Source: Selaginella moellendorffii (Eukaryota > Plantae > Lycopodiophyta). From it: a stretch of 63,102 nt of DNA. The notes below the pieces were generated by a model. It did not search any database and had not been told where the DNA came from. It saw only the letters and a list, made by a program, of their open reading frames with translations. The stretch covers positions 811,304-874,405 of the forward strand of contig NW_003314264.1 in assembly GCF_000143415.4 (NCBI RefSeq), given 5' to 3'. Shown here piece after piece: positions 1 to 11,365 of the stretch (position 1 is the stretch's first letter; each line of letters opens with the position of its first letter). Both the position numbers and the translations under genes were made by a program.

Positions 1-58
1 CTCTCTCATCAAGCAATTGCCCCTTTTCCAGTTGGCTTAAGGGGAGAGAGATAAGGTG
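1..58 (+). mobile_element. 3' part of a TRIM LTR (same family as 57401-58124 and 59366-59527), joined directly to a gypsy RNase H
   Basis: ctctctcatcaagcaattgccccttttccagttggcttaaggggagagagataaggtg matches the LTR end at about 59463-59520 but lacks the terminal tgctaca. Confidence 0.85.
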
Positions 59-2601
59 GTGATCCGGCTGAGATAATCTGCTTGTTCATGATTTTTGCCG
101 GGTTTGTGGACGATCTCAAAGTTGTATTCTTGTAGTAAAAGGAACCATCTTGATATTCGACCAGATAGTATTGGCTTGTTGATGAGGTAAAGGAGTGCCT
201 TGTGGTCGACGAAAATTACGACTTTAGTTGACAGTATATAGTGTCGAAACTTCTGAAGTGAGTAGATCATGCCGAGAGCTTCTTTCTCGGTGGTGGTGTA
301 ATTTCGTTCAGCTGGGTTGAGTAGTCGGCTGGCGTAGTAGATCGGTTGATCGCGGTTGTCGTGTTGAGTTTGGCTCAGAATTGCACCAGTGGCGACGTCG
401 GAAGTGTCGACATGAATGTGGAACTCTTGTGTCCAGTCGGGCTTGGCAAGGATCGGTGCTGTTGTTAGTTTGAGTCGGAGATTATCGAATGCTTGTTGCT
501 GTTCGGACGTCCACGTCCATTGGGCATCTTGTTTTAGTTCATCGGTGAGTGGTTTGGCAATGTGAGCGTACTTGTGGATGAATCGTCGGTGATATCCGAC
601 TTTGCCGAGGAAGCGCCGAAGTTCTTTCTGGTTCTTCGGCGGTTCAAGTTTGGAGATGACGTCAACTTTGTCCTTGTCGATGAGAATGCCATCTTTGCAG
701 ACAACGTGGCCGAGGAGTACTCCAGATTTGACGAAGAAAGCGCATTTGTCGGGGTTGAGTGCTATGTTGTTCTCCTCACATTTGTTGAGGCATTTCTCCA
801 GGCATTCAAGATGTTGATCTTCCGAGCTGAAAACGCTGAAGTCGTCCATGAAGACTCTCATGAAGTCAGTGAGGTAGTCTCGGAAAGTGTTGGTAACAAG
901 CCTTTGGAAGGTGAATGGGGCGTTGCAGAGTCCAAAAGGCATTCGTCGATAAGCATAGGCTCCCCATGGACTGATGAATGCTGTCTTGTGCTGATCTTCT
1001 TCGGCGATGTGAATTTGGTTGTAGCCGGAGAAACCATCGAGGAAGGAATACATCTCGTGTCCAGCGACTGCGTCAAGAACTTCGTCGGTAAATGGTATCG
1101 GGAAGACATCTTTTTCAGTGGCGTCGTTGAGCTGTTTATAGTTGACGCAGATTCAAAGTTTGCCGTTTTTCTTTGGCACAACCACCAGTGGTGAAAGCCA
1201 TATCGGATTCTGAATCGGGTAGATGTACTCAACTTGGAGAAGCTTGTCAAGTTCTTTCTTTACTTGTTCCATCAGATTCGGGTTCATCCAGTAGGCTGCT
1301 TGTCTTCTTGGTTTTGAGTCAGGAAGAAGGGTGATGGTGTGAAGGCTGAGTTTTGGCGAAACTCCCTTAAGGTCTCGATAACTCCAAGCGAACAAGTGTT
1401 TCTTCTTTCGGAGAAGATTGATGCCTTTGTCTCGAAAACTTGCCGAGATGTCAGTGGCGAGTACAATGTAGTGTTCGTTGCCGTCGTCGGCAAGGCTGAC
1501 TTTTTCGAGTTTTTGGTCTGCTGGAATTGACGGAATGTAGGCAACTTTGTTGTGGTTATCGACTGTGAATGCCGGTGGCGCTTCGAGTTTTGTATCTCGA
1601 GTGACTGGATTTTTCAGTGCTGATGTAATCGGGGGTCGTTCTCGTTGGAAGTCGGCGACAATTCGGAAGAGGTCGATTTCGGCCAAAGGTTCGAGATCGG
1701 GGTAGGCTGTGAGAATTTGTTGTTCTTGATAGTCGTCGAGGCCATCTTCGAGATTATATTCTTCCAAGTCAATAGGTCGGTTGTGGCTGGACAGCGATTT
1801 AGTCGTTTTTGTCGACACAGTTGTTGGTCCGTCTGGTCCATGAAGGATAAGATTGTCATTGGGCCAATCTTGATAGACTTGGGCAGTTCGGAGCCAAGGT
1901 CGACCGAGGAGAATTGAGTATCCGTCGGTCTGCTCCGGTAGTTTGAGGACGACATAGTTGACTGGTATTTCGACGCCTTGAATGGTGGTGTTGACTTTTC
2001 GGATGATGCCTCTGGGTTGAACAGATCGGTGGTCGGCCATTCGGACATTGAAAGGTGCGGGGTGAACTGGGCCAATGTTGAGTTGTTGAACAAGACTTTC
2101 TTCAATAATATTAACGCTGGAGCCGCCGTCAATTATGGCTCCTCGAACAAGATGTTTGTCGAGTCGTAGGTCGATTGTCGGAACATCATTGTCACAATCG
2201 CCTGGTTGAATCTCGGTTCGAAATGTGTCAACAGCTGTCTGTGTCGAGTTGAGTGTGGGCGAGTCTATCAAAGTGTTGGTCGGTGCAGATGTCAGATCGG
2301 TGAGCTGTTTGGTGAGGTAGGGTGCAATCTTCAGCAGTTGGCCGATGGTGATCTGAATATTTTGGTTGAGGATAGTCTCTGCGACTGCTTGGATTTTGTC
2401 GAAGTTTGCCGAATTGTGTTCTGGTGTCGGTGTCGATGTTGAACGATTTGTCTGTCCGTTTTCTGGTATTGAGTCTTGGCATTGTTGTCGAGCTGGTGAT
2501 GGTTGAGCTTCATTGTCGGAGTCTAAAATCACTAATTCGGGTGGTTGTAGAGCGAGTTGCTGCCATGTATCTTGGCAGCTAACTTCTGCTTCTTTTTCCA
2601 T
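37..2601 (-). pseudogene. pol (protease-RT-RNase H) of the gypsy element, with an internal TGA at 1153-1155
   Basis: ORFs 1153-2601 and 37-1053 are in frame across KKNGKL*ICVNYK, where the consensus is KLRICVDY (likely CGA>TGA). Confidence 0.9.
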
Positions 2602-5216
2602 TCCCGGAGTTTTGTCAGGCTCTCAGGGCCTTTCTCTTCACTATCTCCGGAATCTCTGTCCGGTTGTTGTTGTTTTTCTGCTCGAATTTGTGCTCGGGTT
2701 TGTACTGCCATGACTTGAGGATCTGAGTCGTCATTGTCGGCATAAGGTAGTTCGTCGGTCTCGACCATCCTTGTTGTTGGTGGTTGCTGCTGGTTCTGAT
2801 CTTGTTGTCGAGGAGGCGGTGGACCAAGTCTCGGCGGACCGCCTTGGTTTTGAAGTCGAGGTTGCCATGGTCGGTTGTTGTAGTTGCCTTGGTAGGCCTG
2901 GTCTTGATAACCTTGGCCTTGGTATCTTCGGTTTTGGTATCTTGGGTATTGTTGGTATCCTTGGTTGTAGTTGTCTCGATTTGCCGGGTAGTTCCGGTTC
3001 GGCAGGTATTGTCGATCGTTGTAGTTGTTGTTGTAGTCGTTGTTGTAATTGTTGTAGTTGTTGTAGCGAGGTTGATCATTCCATTGTCGACTCTGGTGTT
3101 GGAAGTTGTTTCTGAGCGGTCTCCAGTTTGTTGGAGGTGGTGCTTGGTGATTGTCGAAGTATTGATTTGGATATGCTTGTCAAAACTGCTGTCGGGGAGA
3201 GTTCGAGACTTGTCGAACTTCTGGAGAATTTCGAAATCTGCAAGTCTTGGCGTCATGACCTTCTTTGGCACAGATTTGGCATTTGGAGATTTGGAGCTTG
3301 CAGTCACTTGCCGGATGTCCTTCGTTCTTGCACTTAGTACACCAAATTCCAGATCGAAATTCTTTGATATCGGTCTTGGCTTTTCCCTTGAGCTTGTCGA
3401 TTGTTTTCCTGAGTTTCCGAAGTTTTGACTTGGTGCTCTCTCCGAGTTCATCGTCAGAGTCGTTATTGGAACTGCTATCAGAATCTGAGTTATCTGTGTC
3501 ATCTACTTGTGCTGTCATTCGTCGAGCTTGAACATCTTGAAGGGCTCTTGCGAGTTCGAGGTAAGTGGCAACGTTGATGTGTGTTGCTGCTTCTCGGAGG
3601 GATCGTCGGAGTCCTTGCATGTACCATTGGTAAAGTAATGTTTCGGTGGCACTGTTGCCGCATTTGCTAGCATGTCGAGTGAAGGTTTGAGTGTAGTCGT
3701 CGATAGATTGACCGGACTTCTGCTTGAGTTTTTGGATCTTGTGAAGTCGTTGGCTTTGAGTGAGGGAAGACTTGAATCGGTCTACGAGTTTGAGTGTGAG
3801 GTCGTCGAAACTTGTATTTTGAGGAAGCGTTTGAGCCCATTCGTTGGCTCTCTTTCGAAGGGTACATCGGAAATAGTATGGAAGTTCGGTCGTCTGGTTG
3901 TTGATTCGGATGGCTTCTCGGAACTGTTCAACATGTTTCTCGGCATCTTCTGACTTCAGACCATGAAATAGTGGATAGGAGACATGTCTTCCGACTGGTA
4001 TGTTGGCGACAGCAGTAGTGACTGCCATTTGCTGTTGGTAATAATGTCGGTATTGTCGAGGTTGTTTTCTCAGGTTGTCACTGTGGAGTCCTAAGGTGAT
4101 TTGGAGCAACGGGTTGTCAGGGTCGATGGCAAAGTTGGTGTAAGAGGAAGGTGGTGAATTGTTGTTGTTGTTTAGTGGACTCTTCTTTGTTGTTCCTTCT
4201 GTGTTGGGACTGTTTTCGGGTGTGTCGTCGACGTCGTCGTAGTCGTCGGTGTCGGGTTGCTTGCCGGTGTTGATTTTCAGAAGATGGTGTTTGAACTTGT
4301 TGTCGACGTACTTGTCGGAGTTATGTTGTGTTGGTTGTGGTTGTTCTTCTAAATTGTCAAAGAGTTCTTCGATCGTATAGTTGTGTGGTGATTGTGGTTG
4401 CTGTGGAAGATTGTTGTCGTCGACAATTGGTTCGTCGATCTCGTTGTTGTTGGATGATTGTAGCTGTTCGGCAGGTCGGTGTGAGTTGTTGATGTGGAGT
4501 GCTTGACTATTGGACGATTCGGGTTGTTCGTCTTTACTGCTGCTGACTGGGTATATTGGAGTGCGACTGTAATTGGTGAAGTCGAGTTGTTGTCTAGTCG
4601 GTGCGTTGAAGTCGAAAGCGTGTTCGAAAGGTCTTGCTGATAGTGGGCTTCGGTAGATGTTGGAAGCAAATGTAGGATATATTGGTGTTGTGAAGATCGG
4701 TCGGTATGGCGAAAATGGTGCTGGTCTGGTGAAGTCTGTGAAGCTGGGCTGGAAACTTGGTCGTTCGTCGTCACTGTAGATCGGGTTAGTGAATGTACCT
4801 TTGAAGTGGTTGTATGCTGCTTGAAAAATGTTTTGTTGCTCGGGCGTAGTCTGTGTCGACTGCTCGAATGTTCGGTTGGGCTCGGGCACTTTGGTGGGTG
4901 CCGTCGAGGGTGCTGATTCAGGCTCGGGCACTTCGGTGGGTGCTGTCGAGGGTGCTGCCGGTGGTGTGTCCGGTGGTGTTGTGTAGTTGTCGTATTCTTC
5001 GCGGATGTCCGATACTGATTCGTCGGAGTTAGCTCGCGGTAATAATTCGTGTCGGATGTAATTCTCTCTCTTGGAGGGTCTAAGAATTTGATTCAACTTC
5101 TCTTGGTCTTTCTTTCTCTTTGTTTCTAAATTCTTCAAATCTCTATCTAAACGTCGGATAAGCTGTTGTCGGTCTTCTTCCGACTTGCTGGATGTTCTTC
5201 GTGGTTTTGGATACAT
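2532..5216 (-). pseudogene. gag with long low-complexity N-terminus, capsid, two zinc knuckles and an N/Q/Y-rich tail; premature TGA at 3180-3182
   Basis: Knuckles CTKCKNEGHPASDC and CQICAKEGHDAKTC. The frame stays open for 137 codons past the TGA and joins ORF 2532-2768. Confidence 0.85.
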
Positions 5217-6849
5217 GCATTCTTCTACTGGTTGTCGGTGTCAGATTTGTGTCTGCAGTCAATCATGCAGTTCGGGCAGAACTTGGGGAAGACTGTCGGT
5301 GGGCCAATTGTTGATAAAGTCGTTGTGAGCTTGTTCTTTCTTTTCAGTGCAAATATCGACGGTGGTGTGTGTTGGGTTGGGTTGTGTTCAGCCGAGTTGT
5401 GTTGAGTCGAGTGTGCTGGTGCAGTATGCAAACTGGTCTTCCACGTGCTGGTGCCGAGATGGAGTTCAATGAAGAGTTTCGGATATTCGGGTTTGTCTGG
5501 AATGATTTCTTCGATAATGTTGTCGAGTTGTTCGAGTCCGGATTGGGCGATGGCGTGATTGGCGAGAGTTGTTGCAGCGAAAGTGTTGATTTCGAACCGA
5601 GTTCGGACTGTTGTTTCAGTGCTGAGCTGCTGACTTTGTCAGAGGGGTTGTCGAAAAATCGGTGGTGCGTTCTGAAGTTGTCCCTCGACAAGTTGTCCGA
5701 TACCGGGTAACAGAGTGATGGGTTCGTCGTTGGTGTAGGTTTTGAGGATGTGCTTCGGTATTTGGAGTGGGCGCAGGAATTGGACTTGTGTCGGAACGCT
5801 AGGATTGCTGGGTCGACGACTGCACAGAAGATGGGTTCGTTTCGGTAGTGGTGTCGGTTTGTGTCGAGGGCGCTGGTTGATGTCTCGAACTTGGAGTGGG
5901 TGGTCTTGTGCTCGGAGATGGAGTTTGCCAATGAAGCTGCTGAGGGCGTTTGCTGATGAAGGTGCTGGTAGATTGGAGTTTCTTGTCAAAGAGAGTCGTT
6001 GGTGTTCTTCATCGGTGATTGGACTTGGAGATCTCGAGAGAGAGCTTGCAGATTCTTCAAAGATCTCCTCTGGAAAGTTTCTGTCTTTACTGCGTTGGGC
6101 AGCAACCGCTTGGACGCCGTTGATCCATGGTGGCAGTGGCATTTGCGTGTTGAATTTGGGCAAATGTACGAATTAGGGCGTAATTTGGGTGAATTTGGGC
6201 GAGATGGGTAGATTTCTGGATCGTTCTTGCTATCTGCGCACAGAGAATGGAGAAAAAATGGAAGAATTTGTGAACCTGAAGGGGAATTCAGAAGCCGTGG
6301 TCGCCAAATGAAGAGGTGAGAAAACCCCTCTTTGCTGGAAATCTATTGTTAGTAAGAAAACAAAAGAGACAATGGCCCGATCTCCAAGGGCAGAGAAGAA
6401 GCACGAGTAAAAGAATGCTGTGTATTGATAAGACAAACGATGGAATGGAGATAGGGATCCACAATTTGGATTCCCCCTTTTGAAATGCTAGCGGTTCTAA
6501 CTGCTAGCATATACCATATGCTGTGCATGATTTAATCTATGGCTCTGATGCAGCCCTGGGTTCAAAGTCGGAGTCCCCTGAACCTTGTTTTTGGTTGAGA
6601 CACAATGTTAAGCGGAAATCCACCTCATTGATGCAAGCGACCACTTTGTATGAGCCAAGGAAGTAGGGGTGAAGCTTAGAGTGTGGTATTGCTCTCTACC
6701 CAAAGTGTGGCATTCCAGTCTATATCAAATGTATGCCCAGTCCCCCCACCTAGAACATTCTGTATAACCTTTTCTTGTCTACAAAGAACTTCATCCTCTC
6801 CTATTCCGCTTTGAGCCTGCTTAGCGATCGCCTGGATTTAGTCTACTAC

Positions 6850-8260
6850 TTCTGGGGGTTGACATCAGTTGGGAGCATGAATTGAGTTGGTATTAGTCAA
6901 CCATACAACGCTGTATATGGTTCCATGTCTATTGCTGAGTGCATTGTTGAGTGTTGGGCAGCCACTTGGCCCACAATTGCCAACTGTCCAATCAAAATGC
7001 TCATAGTAGCACCTCCAGTGTTTGGTTGGTGCATTCATCACTCTAAGTGTTGTAGGTGCTCAAGAAACTGAGTTTTGTCCTGATTTCTGCAACGACATCC
7101 AAAATCCTGTCTGATACGATTTATGTGAAGACCCTGTGGAAGCGGACATTCCCAGAACAACTCTACAACATTCTGTGTTGATGCAGTGGAAGTGATAGGG
7201 ATGAACTGTGCTACCTGTCCATAATCATGAAAATTGCATCCTTGGTTTGGATTGAGGGGAGCCCCACAACAAAGTCCATTGATATGCTAGACTGCTCAAC
7301 CCTAGAGTTGCCACCTTTCAAATTTCATCTATTGGCCTATTGAGCACTTTGCAATCCACCTGCAGACATCCTTCTATAACCCCTTCCAGCAACACTTGGG
7401 TGGCCAATAATTCTCCCTCCAGCTCTGGTATGCCAGCTTCAAGGACAAAAACCTCCCAATCCTCCTAGATGTTGTCAGTTTCCACTTGATTGTCTTCTTG
7501 GAAATGGTGCATGCTGAGTTTTCTCTTGAGAGGAACTCCTACATGCCGCATTGGGCACTTCTCTCTATGACCTCTAAACCAGTGTCCTCCGCAATCAAAA
7601 CACCACCCCTCCTTCAAGTCGTTCAACATCTTTCCTTGTGTGGTAGGCTGGTTGCTGGTTGCTGGCTGTGGTAGTTGGATTAGTGGCAGGCTGTGGTAGA
7701 CTTGGAGGCAGGCTGTGGTAGATCTGGAGGCAGGCCCTGGTGGGGTAGAGAATTCACACAAGACCATCCTATCACACAGCCAACTTTGTGTCAAGTTTAT
7801 GATACTTGATGTTGGCACTTAGTGAGAATTGTATAGCATGATGGACTGATTTGGGCTGGTGTAGAGCTACATCTAAGCCCATGCTTGCCGACAACGAGGT
7901 AATATATCACTAGACCGATATATCCTTATGCATGTCTGCGACCTTGAATGTCACTTACAGCCACTCCTTGTTAAACTCCTAGAGTATTTGGCACTAAGGA
8001 ACATACCAAATTGTACACAGCTTGTTGAACAGCATCTCCTCAACAGGTGTGAGAATGAACTCATCTCGCAAGGCATTCTTGAAGGTCTCCCATGGAAGCA
8101 TCAAGCCCAAACACTTGACATGGTAGTACCACTCGGAGGCTAGTCCCTTGAAATATATTGCCACCAATGGAACTTTCTCTCTCTCTAGGACTTTGCTATA
8201 TAAGAAGAATCTTTCCATTCTTCTTGTCCATTTTTAGCTTGGCCCTGTCTATGACCCCCA
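6850..8260 (-). mobile_element. Fragmentary, internally deleted gypsy element (gag and integrase remnants)
   Basis: Gag-like MERFFLYSKVLEREKVPLVAIYFKGLASEWY, knuckle-like CFDCGGHW, and integrase-like SISMDFVVGLP near 7260-7290. Confidence 0.7.
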
Positions 8261-9917
8261 TATTCCATGAGTATGATCTTTTGCTTACTAGTCAACTAGT
8301 GTCAAAGAGGGAATATTGGTCACTAATCCAGAATTAGATGGCTGTCTAGCATCACAACAGACCCTCCTGGCAATATATTGGCTGAGATGAGGTTGTGGCT
8401 ACAAACTTTAGAATCTCATATGGTTTATGAGAGAGTTTAAGTATGTGTGGATGAAATTGTAAATCTCTTTCAAACAAGATTTGGTGAGACACTAATGACT
8501 CATTATTAGTAGTGAAATAATATGATGGAGTATTGATGAATACTATCATAGCAATTATTCATACTAGTCTCAACAACAAATGCTAAAGTGAAAAAAGTGA
8601 CCTAATTTTCTACAAACAATCAAGTGACTTTTATATTTATGCTCTAAATAAGCCATGGTAAAGACTCTTTTATTTGGAGGTGGCTCAATGTGAATACTTT
8701 CTTTTCCTATTTGTTGGAGTTCTTTATTGCAACTTAGTTTCCACAACATACAATTTGGATAACAGATGTTAGGTCATCTCTACAATAACATTCAGCTATT
8801 TTTATATGGTGCCTAGGACACAGAAAAGGTTTTAAGACTTTTAATGAGATTATCAAATAACTCTTTCTAATAAAGAAGATTTACCATTTCGGTAGAGAAT
8901 GTGGATTTATATACAATAAGTGGCAAACTCCTAAACTTGGCATTTGTGGTGAGAGGCTTACAAAAACTCTAAAATAAAGAAATCCATGACTAAGTAGATA
9001 TTTAAATTTCCTTTAAAATAAAGAAGAGAAATTTTTTCCCTCACTTTGAAATTAAAAAATTTAATAAAGAAAGCTTTAGATCTTGCCTATCTTTAATTCT
9101 TTAAGAATGAGTTAGAAAGCCATAACCTTGAGCCATGAAATACTACAAAATACATGATTTGGAATGAATTGAATACCTAAAAGCACTCTCTAGAAAGCTT
9201 CAAATCTACAACTTTGGAAAAATAAAATTCCAATTAGTCCAAGATTCGTGAGCCTGAACATACATGAAAATAAAGGAGTGTGATTAGAGAAAAATAGTGA
9301 ATCCTACACTAAACAAAGTTAAGGTGGTTATAGTTTGTCAAAGAAAAGGAAGCCAAGATGTGATAACTTAAACTAAGAACAACACAACTAAAATTATTAG
9401 TCATGAGAAAAACCATGTGAATTGAAAGAAAAATGCAAAAAGTATATATATAGTGCAAGAACCAAAATTCTTTGAACATATACTTTTTATTCTCCATTTT
9501 TTTGACAAGGATTTAATGTTGAATCCATATTTCTCAAGATTCTTAATATTTTAGCTCTTCTATTTTATTTGTTAAGTCTATTTGTATACAGCTTGATTGC
9601 TATAAAAACCAAATCTTTGTCAAAGCATGTTTATATTTGTGAAGATTTTATCTATTTTCTTTATTTGTTTAATTATTTATGCTTATATCCTTTATGAGAA
9701 ATCCACAATAATTCTTTTAGTAATATTCCTCACTTTCTTTAGCAAAAATTTTTTCTTATGAAAAGGGAGGCAAGAATCAATTTGCCATACTTCTTTAGCA
9801 ATAGTGGTATCTTTATAAAAAATACATATCACTCCCTTTGAATAACATGGTGCATTAAAAAATATATAAAATTATATTAGCAATAAAAAAACAACTTAAG
9901 AGAATATTTATTTATAA

Positions 9918-10072
9918 AACACCAAAGAAAACAACTCAAGAGGTGATTTATAAGATTCAAATATAAAAGGAGAAAGCCCATGAACAAAAATGCACCACCT
10001 TTTTCAATCGGTTAAGGATTTTGGGATACTTGAGGTTAAATATCCTTGGGTTTGAATAGTATTGGGTTGAGT
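9918..10072 (+). mobile_element. Degenerate Cassandra-like LTR fragment
   Basis: Collinear with the LTRs at 60067-60259 and 60489-60682, including the 5S-like gaggttaaatatccttgggtttgaatagtattgggttg. Confidence 0.75.
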
Positions 10073-10155
10073 AGGGTTTCAAATATAAAGAGACATGAAA
10101 AAAATTTAGTTAAGGGTTTTAGAATATTTATCATTAAGCATCCTTGGTATGTTTC

Positions 10156-11306
10156 TGTAAGGAACCGACTCCCCGAGATGTCGTAGGCTAAAGGATCCCC
10201 AAAAGCTTGACCGAAGTGACAAAGAGTTCATCGGATGGGACCAAGTCGAGGATCGAGTCCAAGACCGACTCTAGGACCGAGTTCGAGATAGAGTCCGGAA
10301 TCGAGTCCGAGACCGACTCGGGGACCGAGTTCGAGTCCGAGTTCGAGACCGAGTTCGAGACGGAGTCCGAGATCCGAAATCGGGTCCAAGACCGAGTCCG
10401 AGGTCGAGTCCGAGGTCGGGTCCGAGATCGGGTCAAGAATCGAGTCCGTGATCGAGTTCGAACCCGAATCCGAAGTCGGATCCGAAATCGGGTCCGAGAT
10501 CGAGCCAGAGACTAAGTCCAAATACTAATACGGGTCAAGGGGTGAAAGCCCAAAGCGTGCGTCTCCCAGGGGGGGGGGGGGGCTGCAGGGGGTTCCAAAA
10601 GTATAGTAGGGATAGTGAGGTCTAGGAACCAGTTTTGAAGGGACTCTCCAGTTGGGCTTCCAAACCGACTTGAGGTTGGGACTGGGACCGAGGGGCCTTG
10701 GGTGGGAGTGAGCATGGACTTGGCTGGTGCCGGAGGGGCCATCCAAGGAAGTGCTCAAGAGCAGCTCCCACTCCCGAAAGGGAAACCGATTGCGGTGCTC
10801 CCGGCTCATGTGAAGTGGTGCCCCACTTGAGTACCATGCGGCTCATTGGTCCTCGCCCTTCCTAGGGGCTTGGGCCTTCCTTCGGGATGGAAGTGGGGGG
10901 CGAGAGGTACCCATACTGGGCCGCTAGGCCACGGTGTTTCGCCCCGGCGTCCCGAAGCAAGTGTTGCACTCAAGACTTGGGATTTAGAGGGTCCCATGAT
11001 CAAGTCTTGTGGTACCAAGGGATGTTAGGAACCTGGAAGCTTGGTGTGCTTGGCTGCTTGTGCTTGCGGGGAGTGTAGCCGAACCTTAAGTCCAGTCTAA
11101 CCCGGGGAGGGGGATTGGGAGTGATTTGGGTATCCATGGAAGGATGGCTAACACTCCGTTGCTCGTGCAGTGAGTAGCTGAAACCAAGTAGGAGCTGGTA
11201 CCATAGGTGAGAACCTTGGCGAGGGAACTTAGCAAAAGCCAAAGCAGTGTTGGACGGATAGGCGAGGTAAGCTGGCAAAGTGGAAAGGAAAAATTTGTGG
11301 CTTACA
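10156..11306 (+). repeat. 5' LTR (1151 bp) with a CCGAGT/TCGAGA-based tandem array at ~10240-10520 and a G-tract
   Basis: Direct repeat of 16542-17689, with tgtaagg...cttaca termini. Confidence 0.97.
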
Positions 11307-11309
11307 ATT

Positions 11310-11321
11310 TGGTATCGGAGC
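11310..11321 (+). promoter_or_regulatory. Primer-binding site (initiator tRNA-Met)
   Basis: tggtatcggagc 3 nt after the LTR; the consensus is TGGTATCAGAGC. Confidence 0.9.
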
Positions 11322-11365
11322 CTTCTCCTCAGTTCTAGCGAAGGATAGAGGCGGATTGCTGGGAG

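Larger units (their letters stand above)
37..6200 (-). mobile_element. Decayed Ty3/gypsy LTR retrotransposon, non-chromovirus (Athila/Selgy-like), truncated after RNase H
   Basis: Domain order is gag (two CX2CX4HX4C knuckles), protease IIDGGSSVN, RT FLDGFSGYNQI/FMDDFSV, RNase H HVDTS/NYTTTEKEAL/DYLSR. In-frame TGA stops at 3180 and 1153 and a frame change near 2600. No LTR was identified. Confidence 0.9.

Noticed and set aside
2580-2620. Programmed frameshift between gag and pol of the first element
   Set aside because: No canonical slippery heptamer, and this copy has other disabling mutations, so it cannot be told apart from decay.
2615-3502. Thr-rich 295-aa ORF and Val/Cys-rich antisense ORFs
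   Set aside because: They are alternate frames of the AAC/TAC-rich gag tail.
6541-6553. ggctctgatgca as a minus-strand PBS for the first gypsy element
   Set aside because: Imperfect match and no adjacent LTR could be verified.
8350-9900. AT-rich tract (also 36100-38240) that may be a decayed DNA transposon
   Set aside because: No recognizable motifs, termini or TSDs.
10188-10521. RDRVR/ESETE/SDSIS ORFs on both strands (also 16593-16907, 18852-19562, 28195-28555)
   Set aside because: They are translations of stop-free tandem repeats inside LTRs, not genes.
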